Notes: a model not told the origin generated them from the letters alone. A stretch of DNA of 64,000 nt from an uncultured Clostridium sp. (GCA_945931665.1 CAMEPL010000001.1:1249-65248); one strand, 5' to 3'; counted from the stretch's first letter, positions 39,669-50,116 are shown. A program made the numbers and translations.

Positions 39669-41663
39669 ATGAATAAATTATTAAATCATGGAATTGTTGA
39701 AGTTGCAACACTTATTCCAAATGAAGTAAAGATTGCAAATCCAAAATTTAATGTAGATGAAATGTTGAGACTTCTTGATAACGTTATAGAGCAAAATAAA
39801 TCAGGTAAAAGACAGACTAGAGTAGTAGTCTACCCAGAACTTAGTGTTACTGGATATACGTGTCATGATTTATTTAATCAAAATACTTTAATAAAAAGAT
39901 CTTATGACGAACTTATAAGATTTGCAAAACTATCAAATAAAGAATATAGTCCACTTATATTTGTAGGGATGCCAATTAGAAAAGATAATCAATTATTTAA
40001 CTGCGCTGTTGCAATACACAAAGGTGAAATAATTGGTGTAGTACCTAAGACATTTATACCTAATTATTCTGAGTTTTATGAAGGAAGATATTTTGCAAGC
40101 TCAGTAAATAGGATAGATGATCAAATTGTAATAGATGGAAACACAGTTCCATTTACACCAAATTTATTAATAGAAGATACTCTTACAGGGGCTGTAGTTT
40201 CGGCTGAAATTTGTGAAGATGTTTGGGTTCCAATACCACCTTCAAAACATCACTGTTTACATGGTGCTAACATAATTGTAAATTTATCAGCAAGTAATGA
40301 AACTATAGGAAAATCTAAATATAGAGAAGATTTAATAAGAATGCAATCAGCTACATCAAACTGTGGATATGTATATGCATCTGCTTCAAGAGGGGAAAGT
40401 ACAACAGATACTGTATTTTCAGGTCACAGTCTAATTGCAGATTGTGGAGTTATAGTAGGTGAGAGCAAGTTTTTAGAAGATATTGAAATAACTTATGGAG
40501 AAATAGATATAGAGAATTGTGAAAATGATAGAACAAAAACAACATCATATATGACTAATGTAAACAAGCAAAAATATGAACGAATTTGTATAGAGACTTT
40601 TGAGCCAGTAACAGATGAGTTTGTTTCAAATAGAGAAATATCAATTTTACCATTTGTTCCCCACAATATAGATGAACGTGCTACTGAAATATTAAAACTA
40701 CAAGCTGCTGGTCTTGCTGGTAGATTGAAAAAAATAAATTGTAAAAATGTTGTTATAGGAGTTTCTGGAGGGTTAGATAGTACATTAGCATTAGTTGTAG
40801 CGGCAGAAGCTTTTAATATTAATGGACTTGATACAAAAGGAATACATGCGATTACAATGCCTTGTTATGGTACTACTGATAGAACTTTAAATAATGCAAA
40901 AAAATTAATGGAATTATTAAATGTAACATCTTATGAAATAAATATTAAAGATGCTTGTGAACAACATTATAAAGATATAGGCCATGATAAAGCTAAGTTA
41001 GATGTAACGTTTGAAAATGTACAGGCAAGAGAGAGAACTCAAATACTTATGGATATATCAAACAAAATAGGTGGCTTAGTAGTTGGTACAGGTGATTTAT
41101 CAGAATTAGCATTAGGTTGGTGTACATATAATGGTGACCAAATGAGTATGTACGGAGTAAATGCATCTATACCAAAAACTTTAGTTAGAGGAATATTAGA
41201 ATCATATGCACAACATCACAATGAGTTGAGAGAAACTTTATTAGATATTTGTGATACTCCAGTTAGTCCGGAGTTACTTCCTCCAAACGAAGATGGAACA
41301 ATAAAACAAAAAACAGAAGAAAAAATAGGTTCATATGTAATACATGATTTTATACTTTACTATATGCAAAGGCATGGGTTTGGACCAAGAAAAATATTTG
41401 ATTTGTATATAAATGCTAAGACTATGCAAGAAAAGAAAATGGGTGTTGAAAATCCAGTTGTAGATAAAAAAGTAGTACTTAAAAATATGGAGATATTCTA
41501 TAATAGATTTTGGACACAACAATTTAAACGTTCTTGTATGCCAGATGGTGTAAAAGTTGGTAGTGTATCATTATCACCAAGAGGAGATTGGCGTATGGCA
41601 TCTGATGCTTGTCAACATATTTGGTTAGATGAATTAAATGAATTAAAGAAAACTATTAAATAA
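39669..41663 (+). CDS. nadE: Glutamine-dependent NAD+ synthetase
   Basis: Nitrilase-fold triad (YPELS, PKTFIPNYSEFYE, EICED) plus SGGLDST, ENVQARERT, FKRSCMPDG; start ATG 39669 by RBS. Confidence 0.95.
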   Translation: MNKLLNHGIVEVATLIPNEVKIANPKFNVDEMLRLLDNVIEQNKSGKRQTRVVVYPELSVTGYTCHDLFNQNTLIKRSYDELIRFAKLSNKEYSPLIFVGMPIRKDNQLFNCAVAIHKGEIIGVVPKTFIPNYSEFYEGRYFASSVNRIDDQIVIDGNTVPFTPNLLIEDTLTGAVVSAEICEDVWVPIPPSKHHCLHGANIIVNLSASNETIGKSKYREDLIRMQSATSNCGYVYASASRGESTTDTVFSGHSLIADCGVIVGESKFLEDIEITYGEIDIENCENDRTKTTSYMTNVNKQKYERICIETFEPVTDEFVSNREISILPFVPHNIDERATEILKLQAAGLAGRLKKINCKNVVIGVSGGLDSTLALVVAAEAFNINGLDTKGIHAITMPCYGTTDRTLNNAKKLMELLNVTSYEINIKDACEQHYKDIGHDKAKLDVTFENVQARERTQILMDISNKIGGLVVGTGDLSELALGWCTYNGDQMSMYGVNASIPKTLVRGILESYAQHHNELRETLLDICDTPVSPELLPPNEDGTIKQKTEEKIGSYVIHDFILYYMQRHGFGPRKIFDLYINAKTMQEKKMGVENPVVDKKVVLKNMEIFYNRFWTQQFKRSCMPDGVKVGSVSLSPRGDWRMASDACQHIWLDELNELKKTIK

Positions 41664-41959
41664 AACTAAAGTAATTTTATAAAAAAGTTAAAATAAATGA
41701 ATAAGTTTATTGTATAATGTATTATTTTTTACTATATAAAAATTTTTCAAATTAAATCTGTAATTTGGATAATATGGTGATACAATATTATAAAGAGGTT
41801 AACTAGAGGCATAGTTGTTACAGGGGATTTTATATAAGATAATTAAAGATTAAAAAAGAACAATTTTTGTGTACTCAAATAACCTACATATACATAAATT
41901 TATATATTTTAGGGAATATATAATAAATAATAATAGGTATAGAGAAAGGGGTAAGATAT

Positions 41960-42370
41960 ATGTTATACACACCAAAATACATTTTAGTAGCAGAGTTAGA
42001 TAAAAAGGTTTGTGAATGCTCTGAATGTAAAAAATTCAGAGTATTATACAACCATAGTCAAATGACTGAAAGCAAAGATGAAGATATTTGTGATTCTACA
42101 AGCGATATAATAGCAGTTTGCTCAAAATGTGGTAGAATGTATAGATTTGAGATGAGATACATAAAAAATGGAAAAGACCAAAAGCGTACAGTTTCAAAAG
42201 TAAGAGAAATATCAGAAACTAATAGCCAAGTAAGAGAACATATTAAACGTAATTATGGTTCTTATGAAGCATTATTTACTATAAGATCAGAAGATTTCAT
42301 TACAAAAATAGTTGAAGAAAAAGAAGTAGAAGACGGAAAATATACAGAATACGTTTATATGGAAAAATAA
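41960..42370 (+). CDS. Hypothetical Cys-motif protein (paralogue 1)
   Basis: RBS AAGGGG; CECSEC...CSKC; aligns by eye with the next gene. Confidence 0.75.
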   Translation: MLYTPKYILVAELDKKVCECSECKKFRVLYNHSQMTESKDEDICDSTSDIIAVCSKCGRMYRFEMRYIKNGKDQKRTVSKVREISETNSQVREHIKRNYGSYEALFTIRSEDFITKIVEEKEVEDGKYTEYVYMEK

Positions 42371-42475
42371 TTTTGATTTTGTATATGTAGATTTAGAATA
42401 AAACATAATATTAAAAAATAAAGGCTTTAAAGCCTTTATTTTTTGACTCATAAAATAAAGACGGGGGATAATCTT

Positions 42476-42946
42476 ATGGTTACTGTAAACAAATATTTAT
42501 ATCAAGATGATTTTGGACAAAAAATCTGTTCATGCTCAGATAAGCAAGAGTACAAAGTATTATTTAGAGAAGTTAATGAAACTGAATTAAAAACAAATGA
42601 AATAGAAGCTGTTACAAAGGCATCTATATACAAAATGGAAAAACTAGTAGTTATGTGTACAGAGTGTAAAAAAATATATTTTATTAGCCTATCTTTTGAA
42701 GGTAGTTTTAAAGCTCAATTTGTAACATTAGAAAGTGTAGAGTTATTTGATGGTGAAGTAGTTGAGGCTAGAAACTTAATAAATAGAATATATTCAGAAT
42801 ATGAAGATGTATTAGTCGACATAGCTACAGATGATTATGTTGTAAAAGTGTTATCAAAATCTGAAGATGATGAAAAAATAAATACTAGATATGTATATTT
42901 AAATAGAGAAGACAGCATATTATATGCTGACTTACAAAGTGAATAA
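42476..42946 (+). CDS. Hypothetical Cys-motif protein (paralogue 2)
   Basis: RBS GGGGG, ATG 42476; CSCS...CTEC. Confidence 0.75.
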   Translation: MVTVNKYLYQDDFGQKICSCSDKQEYKVLFREVNETELKTNEIEAVTKASIYKMEKLVVMCTECKKIYFISLSFEGSFKAQFVTLESVELFDGEVVEARNLINRIYSEYEDVLVDIATDDYVVKVLSKSEDDEKINTRYVYLNREDSILYADLQSE

Positions 42947-42961
42947 AAGAATTGATATGTG

Positions 42962-43002
42962 AAAAAAGCCGATTTCTACTTTAAATAGAAATCAGCTTTT
43001 TT
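42962..43002. terminator. Bidirectional terminator
   Basis: AAAAAAGCCGATTTCTA...TAGAAATCAGCTTTTTT. Confidence 0.8.
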
Positions 43003-43013
43003 ATTAATTAATT

Positions 43014-46000
43014 TTACATATTAACAGCTTTTTTACTTCCTGTATTTTTGGTTTCATTTTCTTCTTTTGATTTAATATCATCAACAGTGAATTTTTTCTG
43101 TTTAGAAGATAATTTAGCTGTACTATCTTCTTCTTCTTTTAAGTTTTTAAATGCTCTAGATAGCATAAGTTTTATTCTGTTAATTTGGTTAACCTCACTA
43201 GCAGATGGGTCGTAATCTATAGGAATTATATTTGCTTTTGGATATCTAGCTTTTAATTCTTTTATAGGGCCTTTACCTATTATATGGTTAGGAAGACAAC
43301 CAAATGGTTGCATACAAACTATGTTATCAACACCACTTTCAATTAACTCTATCATCTCTCCTGGTAAGAACCATCCTTCACCAGTTTGGTTTCCTATAGA
43401 AACTAATGTCTTAGTTTTTTCGGCTAATTCATATATACTTTCTGGTGGAGTAAATCTCTTGCTCTTTTTAAGTTCTTTTACATAAGTTTTTTGGTAGAAC
43501 CCAACTAAACCTATAAAGAATTTTGCAAAGAATTTACCTTTAGCTGTACCCTCTAAATTGTGGTCCTTTTTATATATATTATTTAGAGAACAATATAAGA
43601 AGAATCCTGCAAGTTCAGGCATTACAGCCTCAGCACCTTCTCTTTCAAGTACATCTACTATATTGTTGTTTGCAGTTGGATGGAATTTTACTAATATTTC
43701 TCCAACAAGACCAACACGAGGTTTTTTAATATCTAGAAGTTCTAAATTATCAAAATCTCTTATTATACCCTTGATGTTTTTGCTGAAAGTAGAGAATTTA
43801 GCACTTTCAAGTGAATCCATACAAATTTTAACCCATTTTTCATATAGGGCATTGGCACTTCCCTTAACTTTTTCATAAGGTCTAGTTCTATATAAAACTT
43901 TCATAAATAAATCACCATATACGATAGCCATAAATCCACGATTTATTAATGGTAGTGATATATTCTCCTTAAGCCCATTATCTTCTATACCTTGTGCACT
44001 TAAAGATACAACTGGTATATTTTTAAATCCAGCTTCATACATAGCTTTACGCAAGAAACCGATGTAGTTAGTGGCTCTACAACCACCACCAGTTTGAGTT
44101 ATACCAACAGCTACGTTATTTAAGTCGTATTTGCCTGATTTAAGAGCACCTATTAATTGGCCTATAACAATTATTGCTGGATAACAAGCATCATTATTTA
44201 CATATCTCAATCCCTCTTCTATAATTTCTCTACTTGTATCTTGAAGAATCTCCACATTCCAACCACTTAAATTAACGGCTTTTTGTACGAATTGGAAGTG
44301 GATAGGTGACATCTGAGGAACAAGTAATTTACGTTTTGGATCAAATTTATCATTTTTAGTGTAATTTATTTTGTGTTCTTTTATATTTTTAACACTTATA
44401 TTATTGGCTTCTCTTTCTGCCATTGCAGCCTTTAATGAACGAAGTCTTATTTTTGCTGCACCTAAGTTGTTACCTTCATCTATTTTAATTACTGTATAAA
44501 TTTTTGATTTTTCAGCTAGTATTTCTTGTACTTGCTCAGTTGTTACAGCATCAAGACCGCATCCAAATGAATTTAGCTGAACAAGTTCTATATTGTCGTA
44601 TTTCTTTGTAAATTCCGCTGCTTTATAAAGTCTAGAGTGATATACCCATTGGTCCACAACTCTTAGAGGTCTTTGTACTTGAGCTAGGTGACAAACACTA
44701 TCTTCAGTAAGTACTGCCATATCAAGTGAGTTGATTAATTCTGGCATACCGTGGTTGATTTCTGGGTCAAGGTGATAAGGTCTACCAGCTAAAACTATAC
44801 CTTTTAAGTTTTCTTTTTCTATTTTTGCAACAGCTTCTTCGCCAGCACGTCTTATATCTGCTTTAAATGCTAATTCTTCTTTTCTTGCAGCATCCACAGC
44901 ATCTCTAATTTCAGATTTTGAAATATTTAATTCAGCAAAGTAATTAGAGAATACCTGGCAAAGTCTTTGTTTTAAGTTTTCCTTATCATTTAAAGTCATA
45001 AATGGATTTACAAATTTAATATTCTTTTTCTTTATATCTGGAACATTGTTTTTAATTATTTCAGAGTAAGATATAACTACAGGACAGTTGTAGTTGTTAT
45101 CTGAAGTTTTATCTTCCCTATATTCATGTGTTACAGCAGGGTAGAAGATAGTCTTAACACCTTTGTCTATTAGACTTTGGATATGTCCATGGACCATTTT
45201 ACCTGGGTAACAAACTGTTTCAGAGGCAATACTAATCATACCTCTTTCATAAAGTTTTTTAGAAGATCTTCCTGATAAAGTTACCTTAAATCCTAATTTA
45301 GTAAATAGAGTAAACCAGAATGGATAATCTTCATACATATTTAAGGCTCTCGGAATCCCAATTTCACCTCTTGGAGCCTCTTCCAATTTTAATGGTTTAT
45401 AATGTTTAAATAATCTGTCGTATTTGTATGCAAATAAATTAATTGGTTTTTCTTTATTTGGGTCAGGTTTTTCTGCACCATATAAGGCAGCACCATTTTC
45501 ACATCTATTTCCTGATACAAATATTTCAGTTTCTGAGAATTTATTTATAGTAAGTAGACATTTGTTTGAACAACCTTTACATCTACGAACAGTGCTATCT
45601 ACTTTTATATTTTCAAGTTGTTTTAAATTTAAAAATTCTGTTTTATGTTGTGAAGTATATTTTTCCTTACTGATTAAAGCAGCACCGAATGCACCCATTA
45701 TTCCTGATATATCAGGTCTAATTACATTTCTACCGATTAATTTTTCAAAACTTCTTAAAACTAAATCATTGTAGAAAGTACCGCCTTGAACAACTATATT
45801 TTTACCAAGTTCATTTAAGTCTCTAATTTTTATAACTTTAAATAGAGCATTCTTTATAACAGAGTAAGAAAGACCTGCTGATATATCTGAAACAGTTGCA
45901 CCTTCTTTTTGAGCCTGTTTTACTCTTGAGTTCATAAAAACTGTACACCTAGAACCTAAATCTACTGGATGTTGTGAATATGTACCTTCTTTTGCAAAGT

Positions 46001-47393
46001 CTTGTATTGACATAGAAAGTGATTTTGCAAAAGTTTCAAGGAATGAGCCGCAACCTGAAGAACAAGCTTCATTAAGAATTATATTGTCGATAACACCATC
46101 TTTTATATGAAGGCATTTCATATCTTGCCCACCTATATCGAGAATAAAATCAACTTCAGGGTCAAAATATTTAGCTGCTTTGTAGTGGGCCATAGTTTCT
46201 ATTTCACCATAATCTATCTTTAATGCTTTTTTTAGTAAAGCTTCACCATATCCAGTGACACAAGATGAAACTATATTGACGTCTTTTGGCAGGCAGCTAT
46301 AAATATCTTTTACTATATTTATAGAAGTTTGAAGTGGGCTACCTTCGTTACTACTATAATATGTATAAACTAGGTTGCAATCTTCATCGATTAATGCAGC
46401 TTTTGTAGTTGTAGAGCCTGCATCAATTCCTAAGAAGCAATTACCTTTTATATTTTTTATATCTTTTTTAGTAACTTTAGATTTATTATGTCTGTTTACG
46501 AATTCATCGTGTTCTTGTTTGTTTTTGAATAGAGGTTCTAAACCTTCTGTATTAGATAAGTTTATACCTTCGATTTTTTTTGTTTTGTTTATTAAATCTG
46601 ATAAGTTGATATCAGGTTCATCTTTAGCTAATATTGAAGCACCCATAGCTATATATAACTGGGCATCTTTTGGAAATACTATATTTTCATCGCTTAAGTT
46701 TAATACATTTTTAAATGCTGTTCTAAGTTCTGATAAAAAGTATAGAGGACCACCTAAAAATGCTACATTTCCTTCGATAGCTCTACCACAAGATAAAACA
46801 CTTACTGTTTGAACAACAACAGCATTAAATATACTCATAGCTATATCAGCTTTTCTTGCACCGTCATTTATCAGTGGTTGAATATCTGTTTTTGCAAAAA
46901 CACCACATCTAGATGCAATAGGATAAATGACTTTATAATCTTTTGCCATTTCATTAAGCCCAGCGGCATCTGTTTTTAATAATGTTGCCATTTGGTCTAT
47001 AAATGCACCAGTACCCCCAGCACATATACCATTCATTCTTTGATCTATACCACCACTTAAATAAGTGATTTTTGCATCCTCACCACCAAGTTCGATTACA
47101 ACATCAGTTTCTGGGTTGAAGGTTTCAATTGCTTTTGTAGATGATATTACTTCTTGTACAAATTTTAAACCTAAATATTTAGAGATATCTATTCCACCAG
47201 AACCAGTAACTACAGTAGAAATTCTGATATCCCCGAATTTTTCATAAACTTCTGTTAAAACTTCTTTAACGGCTTTTTTTACATCTGAAAAATGTCTTGT
47301 ATATTTTTTGAATATAACTGTATCTTTATCTAAAATGACTATTTTAACTGTAGTGGAGCCAACGTCTATACCTACATTAAATATTTTTTTCAT
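43014..47393 (-). CDS. Single-chain 2-hydroxyacyl-CoA dehydratase/activator-like protein (2x BadF/BcrD ATPase, DUF2229, HGD-D-like)
   Basis: Two ASKHA modules (GIDVGSTT..MNGICAGGTG..RCGVFA and GIDAGSTT..NEACSSGCG..RCTVF); later CYP, CPV, SFGCG, GGCRA, PFGCLPN; start ATG 47393. Confidence 0.9.
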   Translation of the reverse strand: MKKIFNVGIDVGSTTVKIVILDKDTVIFKKYTRHFSDVKKAVKEVLTEVYEKFGDIRISTVVTGSGGIDISKYLGLKFVQEVISSTKAIETFNPETDVVIELGGEDAKITYLSGGIDQRMNGICAGGTGAFIDQMATLLKTDAAGLNEMAKDYKVIYPIASRCGVFAKTDIQPLINDGARKADIAMSIFNAVVVQTVSVLSCGRAIEGNVAFLGGPLYFLSELRTAFKNVLNLSDENIVFPKDAQLYIAMGASILAKDEPDINLSDLINKTKKIEGINLSNTEGLEPLFKNKQEHDEFVNRHNKSKVTKKDIKNIKGNCFLGIDAGSTTTKAALIDEDCNLVYTYYSSNEGSPLQTSINIVKDIYSCLPKDVNIVSSCVTGYGEALLKKALKIDYGEIETMAHYKAAKYFDPEVDFILDIGGQDMKCLHIKDGVIDNIILNEACSSGCGSFLETFAKSLSMSIQDFAKEGTYSQHPVDLGSRCTVFMNSRVKQAQKEGATVSDISAGLSYSVIKNALFKVIKIRDLNELGKNIVVQGGTFYNDLVLRSFEKLIGRNVIRPDISGIMGAFGAALISKEKYTSQHKTEFLNLKQLENIKVDSTVRRCKGCSNKCLLTINKFSETEIFVSGNRCENGAALYGAEKPDPNKEKPINLFAYKYDRLFKHYKPLKLEEAPRGEIGIPRALNMYEDYPFWFTLFTKLGFKVTLSGRSSKKLYERGMISIASETVCYPGKMVHGHIQSLIDKGVKTIFYPAVTHEYREDKTSDNNYNCPVVISYSEIIKNNVPDIKKKNIKFVNPFMTLNDKENLKQRLCQVFSNYFAELNISKSEIRDAVDAARKEELAFKADIRRAGEEAVAKIEKENLKGIVLAGRPYHLDPEINHGMPELINSLDMAVLTEDSVCHLAQVQRPLRVVDQWVYHSRLYKAAEFTKKYDNIELVQLNSFGCGLDAVTTEQVQEILAEKSKIYTVIKIDEGNNLGAAKIRLRSLKAAMAEREANNISVKNIKEHKINYTKNDKFDPKRKLLVPQMSPIHFQFVQKAVNLSGWNVEILQDTSREIIEEGLRYVNNDACYPAIIVIGQLIGALKSGKYDLNNVAVGITQTGGGCRATNYIGFLRKAMYEAGFKNIPVVSLSAQGIEDNGLKENISLPLINRGFMAIVYGDLFMKVLYRTRPYEKVKGSANALYEKWVKICMDSLESAKFSTFSKNIKGIIRDFDNLELLDIKKPRVGLVGEILVKFHPTANNNIVDVLEREGAEAVMPELAGFFLYCSLNNIYKKDHNLEGTAKGKFFAKFFIGLVGFYQKTYVKELKKSKRFTPPESIYELAEKTKTLVSIGNQTGEGWFLPGEMIELIESGVDNIVCMQPFGCLPNHIIGKGPIKELKARYPKANIIPIDYDPSASEVNQINRIKLMLSRAFKNLKEEEDSTAKLSSKQKKFTVDDIKSKEENETKNTGSKKAVNM

Positions 47394-47426
47394 AAAATTA
47401 AACCTCCTCAAACTGCCCCAAAGTAA

Positions 47427-48077
47427 TTATAAACTAAAAGCATTAACTATTAATTCTTCTATATATTTTAGTTCTTTTTCATCGTTGTAATTTCCATCAG
47501 GATTGAAAATATATTTTAAAACGACATAACCTCCTATATTTGAAAGAACAGTTCTAACTATAAGTCTATTAGGAACATCCTTTATCATTTTTTCAGATTT
47601 AAAGTGATTTAATATTCTGTCAAAACTGTCCATTATTGTAGATTTTAAAGTATCTACAATTTTTATTCTTAGTTCTTCACGATAAAGAACTTCGGCTAAT
47701 AAGATGTGAGCTACTTTATAATTTTCACTTATAAAATTGAATCTTTCGTATACAAGTTCATGTATAAACGATTTAAAGTCAGGATAAATATCCTTAATTT
47801 CAACATCTTCAAAATCCATTATCATTTCAGGAAGAACATAATCAAATATAAATGGCATAATCGAAGAAAGTAATAAATTTTCTTTTGTGCCGAAATGTTT
47901 AAATATTGTGCCCTCAGCAACACCTGCAGATTTTGCTATTTCACTAGTTGAAGTATTGGAATATCCATTTTTAGCAAATAGGTCAATGCTAGCTTCTAAT
48001 ACCTTTTTACACTTGGCTGTCATTGTTTTATTTTCTAATATGTCTTTCTTATATGAATCTAAAATAGAATGTTGCAT
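47427..48077 (-). CDS. TetR family regulator
   Basis: LFAKNGYSNTSTSEIAKSAGVAEGTIFKHFGTKENLL. Confidence 0.95.
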   Translation of the reverse strand: MQHSILDSYKKDILENKTMTAKCKKVLEASIDLFAKNGYSNTSTSEIAKSAGVAEGTIFKHFGTKENLLLSSIMPFIFDYVLPEMIMDFEDVEIKDIYPDFKSFIHELVYERFNFISENYKVAHILLAEVLYREELRIKIVDTLKSTIMDSFDRILNHFKSEKMIKDVPNRLIVRTVLSNIGGYVVLKYIFNPDGNYNDEKELKYIEELIVNAFSL

Positions 48078-48210
48078 TTGAAATTTCTCCTAAAATTTGA
48101 AGTTTCATATTAAAGCAAAACTATTAATAAGAAAATTTTTATTTAACATATTATTAAATAATATTTCGCTTAATAATATAGTGGAAATGATATTTTTTCA
48201 AAGTATTAAA

Positions 48211-48261
48211 GTGAGTAAACACTCACGATGTAAATCATAAAAATAGTGAGTAAATACTCAC
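48211..48261. promoter_or_regulatory. Two palindromic TetR-type operators
   Basis: GTGAGTAAACACTCAC (48211-48226) and GTGAGTAAATACTCAC (48246-48261), just downstream of the promoter. Confidence 0.8.
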
Positions 48262-48273
48262 ATACCTAAAAGT

Positions 48274-48303
48274 ATTATAGTAATGATTACCATAATTTGT
48301 CAA
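48274..48303 (-). promoter_or_regulatory. SigA promoter of the tetR-dehydratase operon
   Basis: Minus strand TTGACA-N18-TATAAT. Confidence 0.72.
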
Positions 48304-48477
48304 TCGAAAGAAGGGGGATTTTATGTTAAACTTCTGTTAAATAATGAACAAAAATATACTATAAATTGACATTATATATTGTATATTTATATACAACTTA
48401 AACATAAAATAAAGAGATATATATAAATATATAGAGTATAGATATTATTAGGGTATTTATAATTTTAAAAAACAACA

Positions 48478-48513
48478 ATAAAAAGATAGACATTTTAATG
48501 TCTATCTTTTTAT
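48478..48513 (-). terminator. Terminator of the DUF1540 gene
   Basis: ATAAAAAGATAGACATT-TT-AATGTCTATCTTTTTAT inverted repeat. Confidence 0.75.
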
Positions 48514-48528
48514 AAAAATAAAATATTA

Positions 48529-48852
48529 TTATTTGCATTTAAAACTTGAACAATATGTTTCTGAATATAAATTAGCTGAGTCTGCGCTAGATGTTACGGC
48601 TATATTGTTTAAGCTACATACATTACCAGCGTTATAAGCACATGTTTTTACATTACATCCTATGTAGTCGCAACTTCCATTAGTACAAGTATTACTTGTT
48701 AAGTTACTATAAGTAGATTGGTCTAAAAATGAAGAACAACAAGTATGATTACTTGTGTGAGCTTTTTTTCCTGTTATAGATATTCTATTTGCGTAACAAA
48801 CCCCTGAGTCATTATGCGAACAATTTAGTACATTACATCCTATTCTAGCCAT
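48529..48852 (-). CDS. DUF1540 Cys-rich protein (two repeats)
   Basis: Two copies of IGCNV..C..N....C....I.V/I......T.C.SF; start moved to ATG 48852 by RBS AGGAGG. Confidence 0.88.
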   Translation of the reverse strand: MARIGCNVLNCSHNDSGVCYANRISITGKKAHTSNHTCCSSFLDQSTYSNLTSNTCTNGSCDYIGCNVKTCAYNAGNVCSLNNIAVTSSADSANLYSETYCSSFKCK

Positions 48853-48927
48853 TGTTTTGGACCTCCTATTAACTTTAATTAATAAAAGTATTTCCAAAAT
48901 ATAAAAAAATATGTATTACTACATAAA

Positions 48928-49239
48928 TTATTCTACTATTGAGTTAAATATATCTATGTCCAACAGTGATTTTGCTATCAATGAGCATGCTGAAGGATAG
49001 TTTGAGATATTAGGCCAAATACTTATTATCATTTTTTCATAATCAAGTAGTTTTAAAGGTTGGCCATTTCTTATATTTTGAGAGAATTCTTTAGATTTTT
49101 CCTTCATTTCTAAATATATATCTATAGTTAAATCAAAAAAGACAGTTGCCTTGTGACACGGTTGTTTTAAAATTAATAGGTTTTGTCTAAACTCTAAATA
49201 ATCAAGTCTATCTAATATACTGTATGAGTTATTTTCCAA
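48928..49239 (-). CDS. Hypothetical protein, DUF1878-like
   Basis: ILDRLDYLEFRQNLL N-terminus; family by recall only. Confidence 0.6.
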   Translation of the reverse strand: MENNSYSILDRLDYLEFRQNLLILKQPCHKATVFFDLTIDIYLEMKEKSKEFSQNIRNGQPLKLLDYEKMIISIWPNISNYPSACSLIAKSLLDIDIFNSIVE

Positions 49240-49328
49240 GATAAATACACCCCAATTCCATAAAAATTATTATTAATAATTATATTTGGCAAGCTTAAAA
49301 AATATGACCAAAATATAGTGTTATTAAT

Positions 49329-49360
49329 GTATAAATATTATCAAAAATGGCTAAGATACT
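49329..49360 (+). promoter_or_regulatory. Putative SigF promoter of the bofC-like gene
   Basis: GTATA-N15-GGCTAAGATA fits GYWTA-N15-GG; B. subtilis bofC is forespore-expressed. Confidence 0.45.
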
Positions 49361-49402
49361 AATAAAAATCCTACATATTTACAAAGGAGGAGGACATAAA
49401 CA

Positions 49403-49981
49403 ATGAAAAAGATGGAGCATTATCGTTGGATTATTCCGTCATTAGTAGCATTAGGAGTAATATTATTAAGTGGAGGTATTTTTTTAGGTGTTAAAAGCTA
49501 TGAAACTCTTGAAGCAAGTAATAGTAAAATTGATAAAACAAACCAAAAGAGTCTTTCTAGTAAACAAAAATTTAACCTAGATGAATACTGTCAAATATGG
49601 CTTCAAGATGATAATCAAATACCTGTAATGTTAGGAAAAGTAAATGAGGACTTATTAAATAAAACTGAAGACGAAATAAAAGCGGCCTTAAAAGAAAAAT
49701 ATCCAGACAAAGAAGTAACAACAATGAATAAATACCAAATAATTTTAAAGACTACTGATAAAGGTACAGATGCATCAAAAGCTAATAAATATACATTAGA
49801 AAATGAAGATGGGTATATAACTGTTTTCAAATATAATAAAGAAGGTAAAAAAGAATTAGTAGAAAAAACTTCTATCCAAATAGAATCACTTCCAAAATCT
49901 GTTCAAGAAGAATTAAAAGAAGCAATTGTACTAGATAATGAAGAAGAAGCTTATTCTAGACTTGAAGATTTCGGTAGCTAA
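49403..49981 (+). CDS. bofC: BofC C-terminal domain protein
   Basis: N-terminal TM; C-terminal T.IQIESLP..QEELKEAI.L.NEEEAYSRLEDFGS; position upstream of ruv genes. Confidence 0.78.
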   Translation: MKKMEHYRWIIPSLVALGVILLSGGIFLGVKSYETLEASNSKIDKTNQKSLSSKQKFNLDEYCQIWLQDDNQIPVMLGKVNEDLLNKTEDEIKAALKEKYPDKEVTTMNKYQIILKTTDKGTDASKANKYTLENEDGYITVFKYNKEGKKELVEKTSIQIESLPKSVQEELKEAIVLDNEEEAYSRLEDFGS

Positions 49982-50116
49982 TAAAATTTAATATATACCT
50001 AAAAAATATGTTCTTTTTATGTTAATAGCATAGTTTTGCTATCAATATTTAAAGGACATATTTTTGTATTTGTAGAAATAATATTTTTAGTTTATTTGTT
50101 AAAGCTTTAGTTTATT

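Noticed and set aside
41793-41830. AGAGGTTAACTAG resembling a preQ1-I riboswitch start
   Set aside because: No complementary CCTCT strand or correctly placed A-rich tail, and the downstream gene is unrelated to queuosine.
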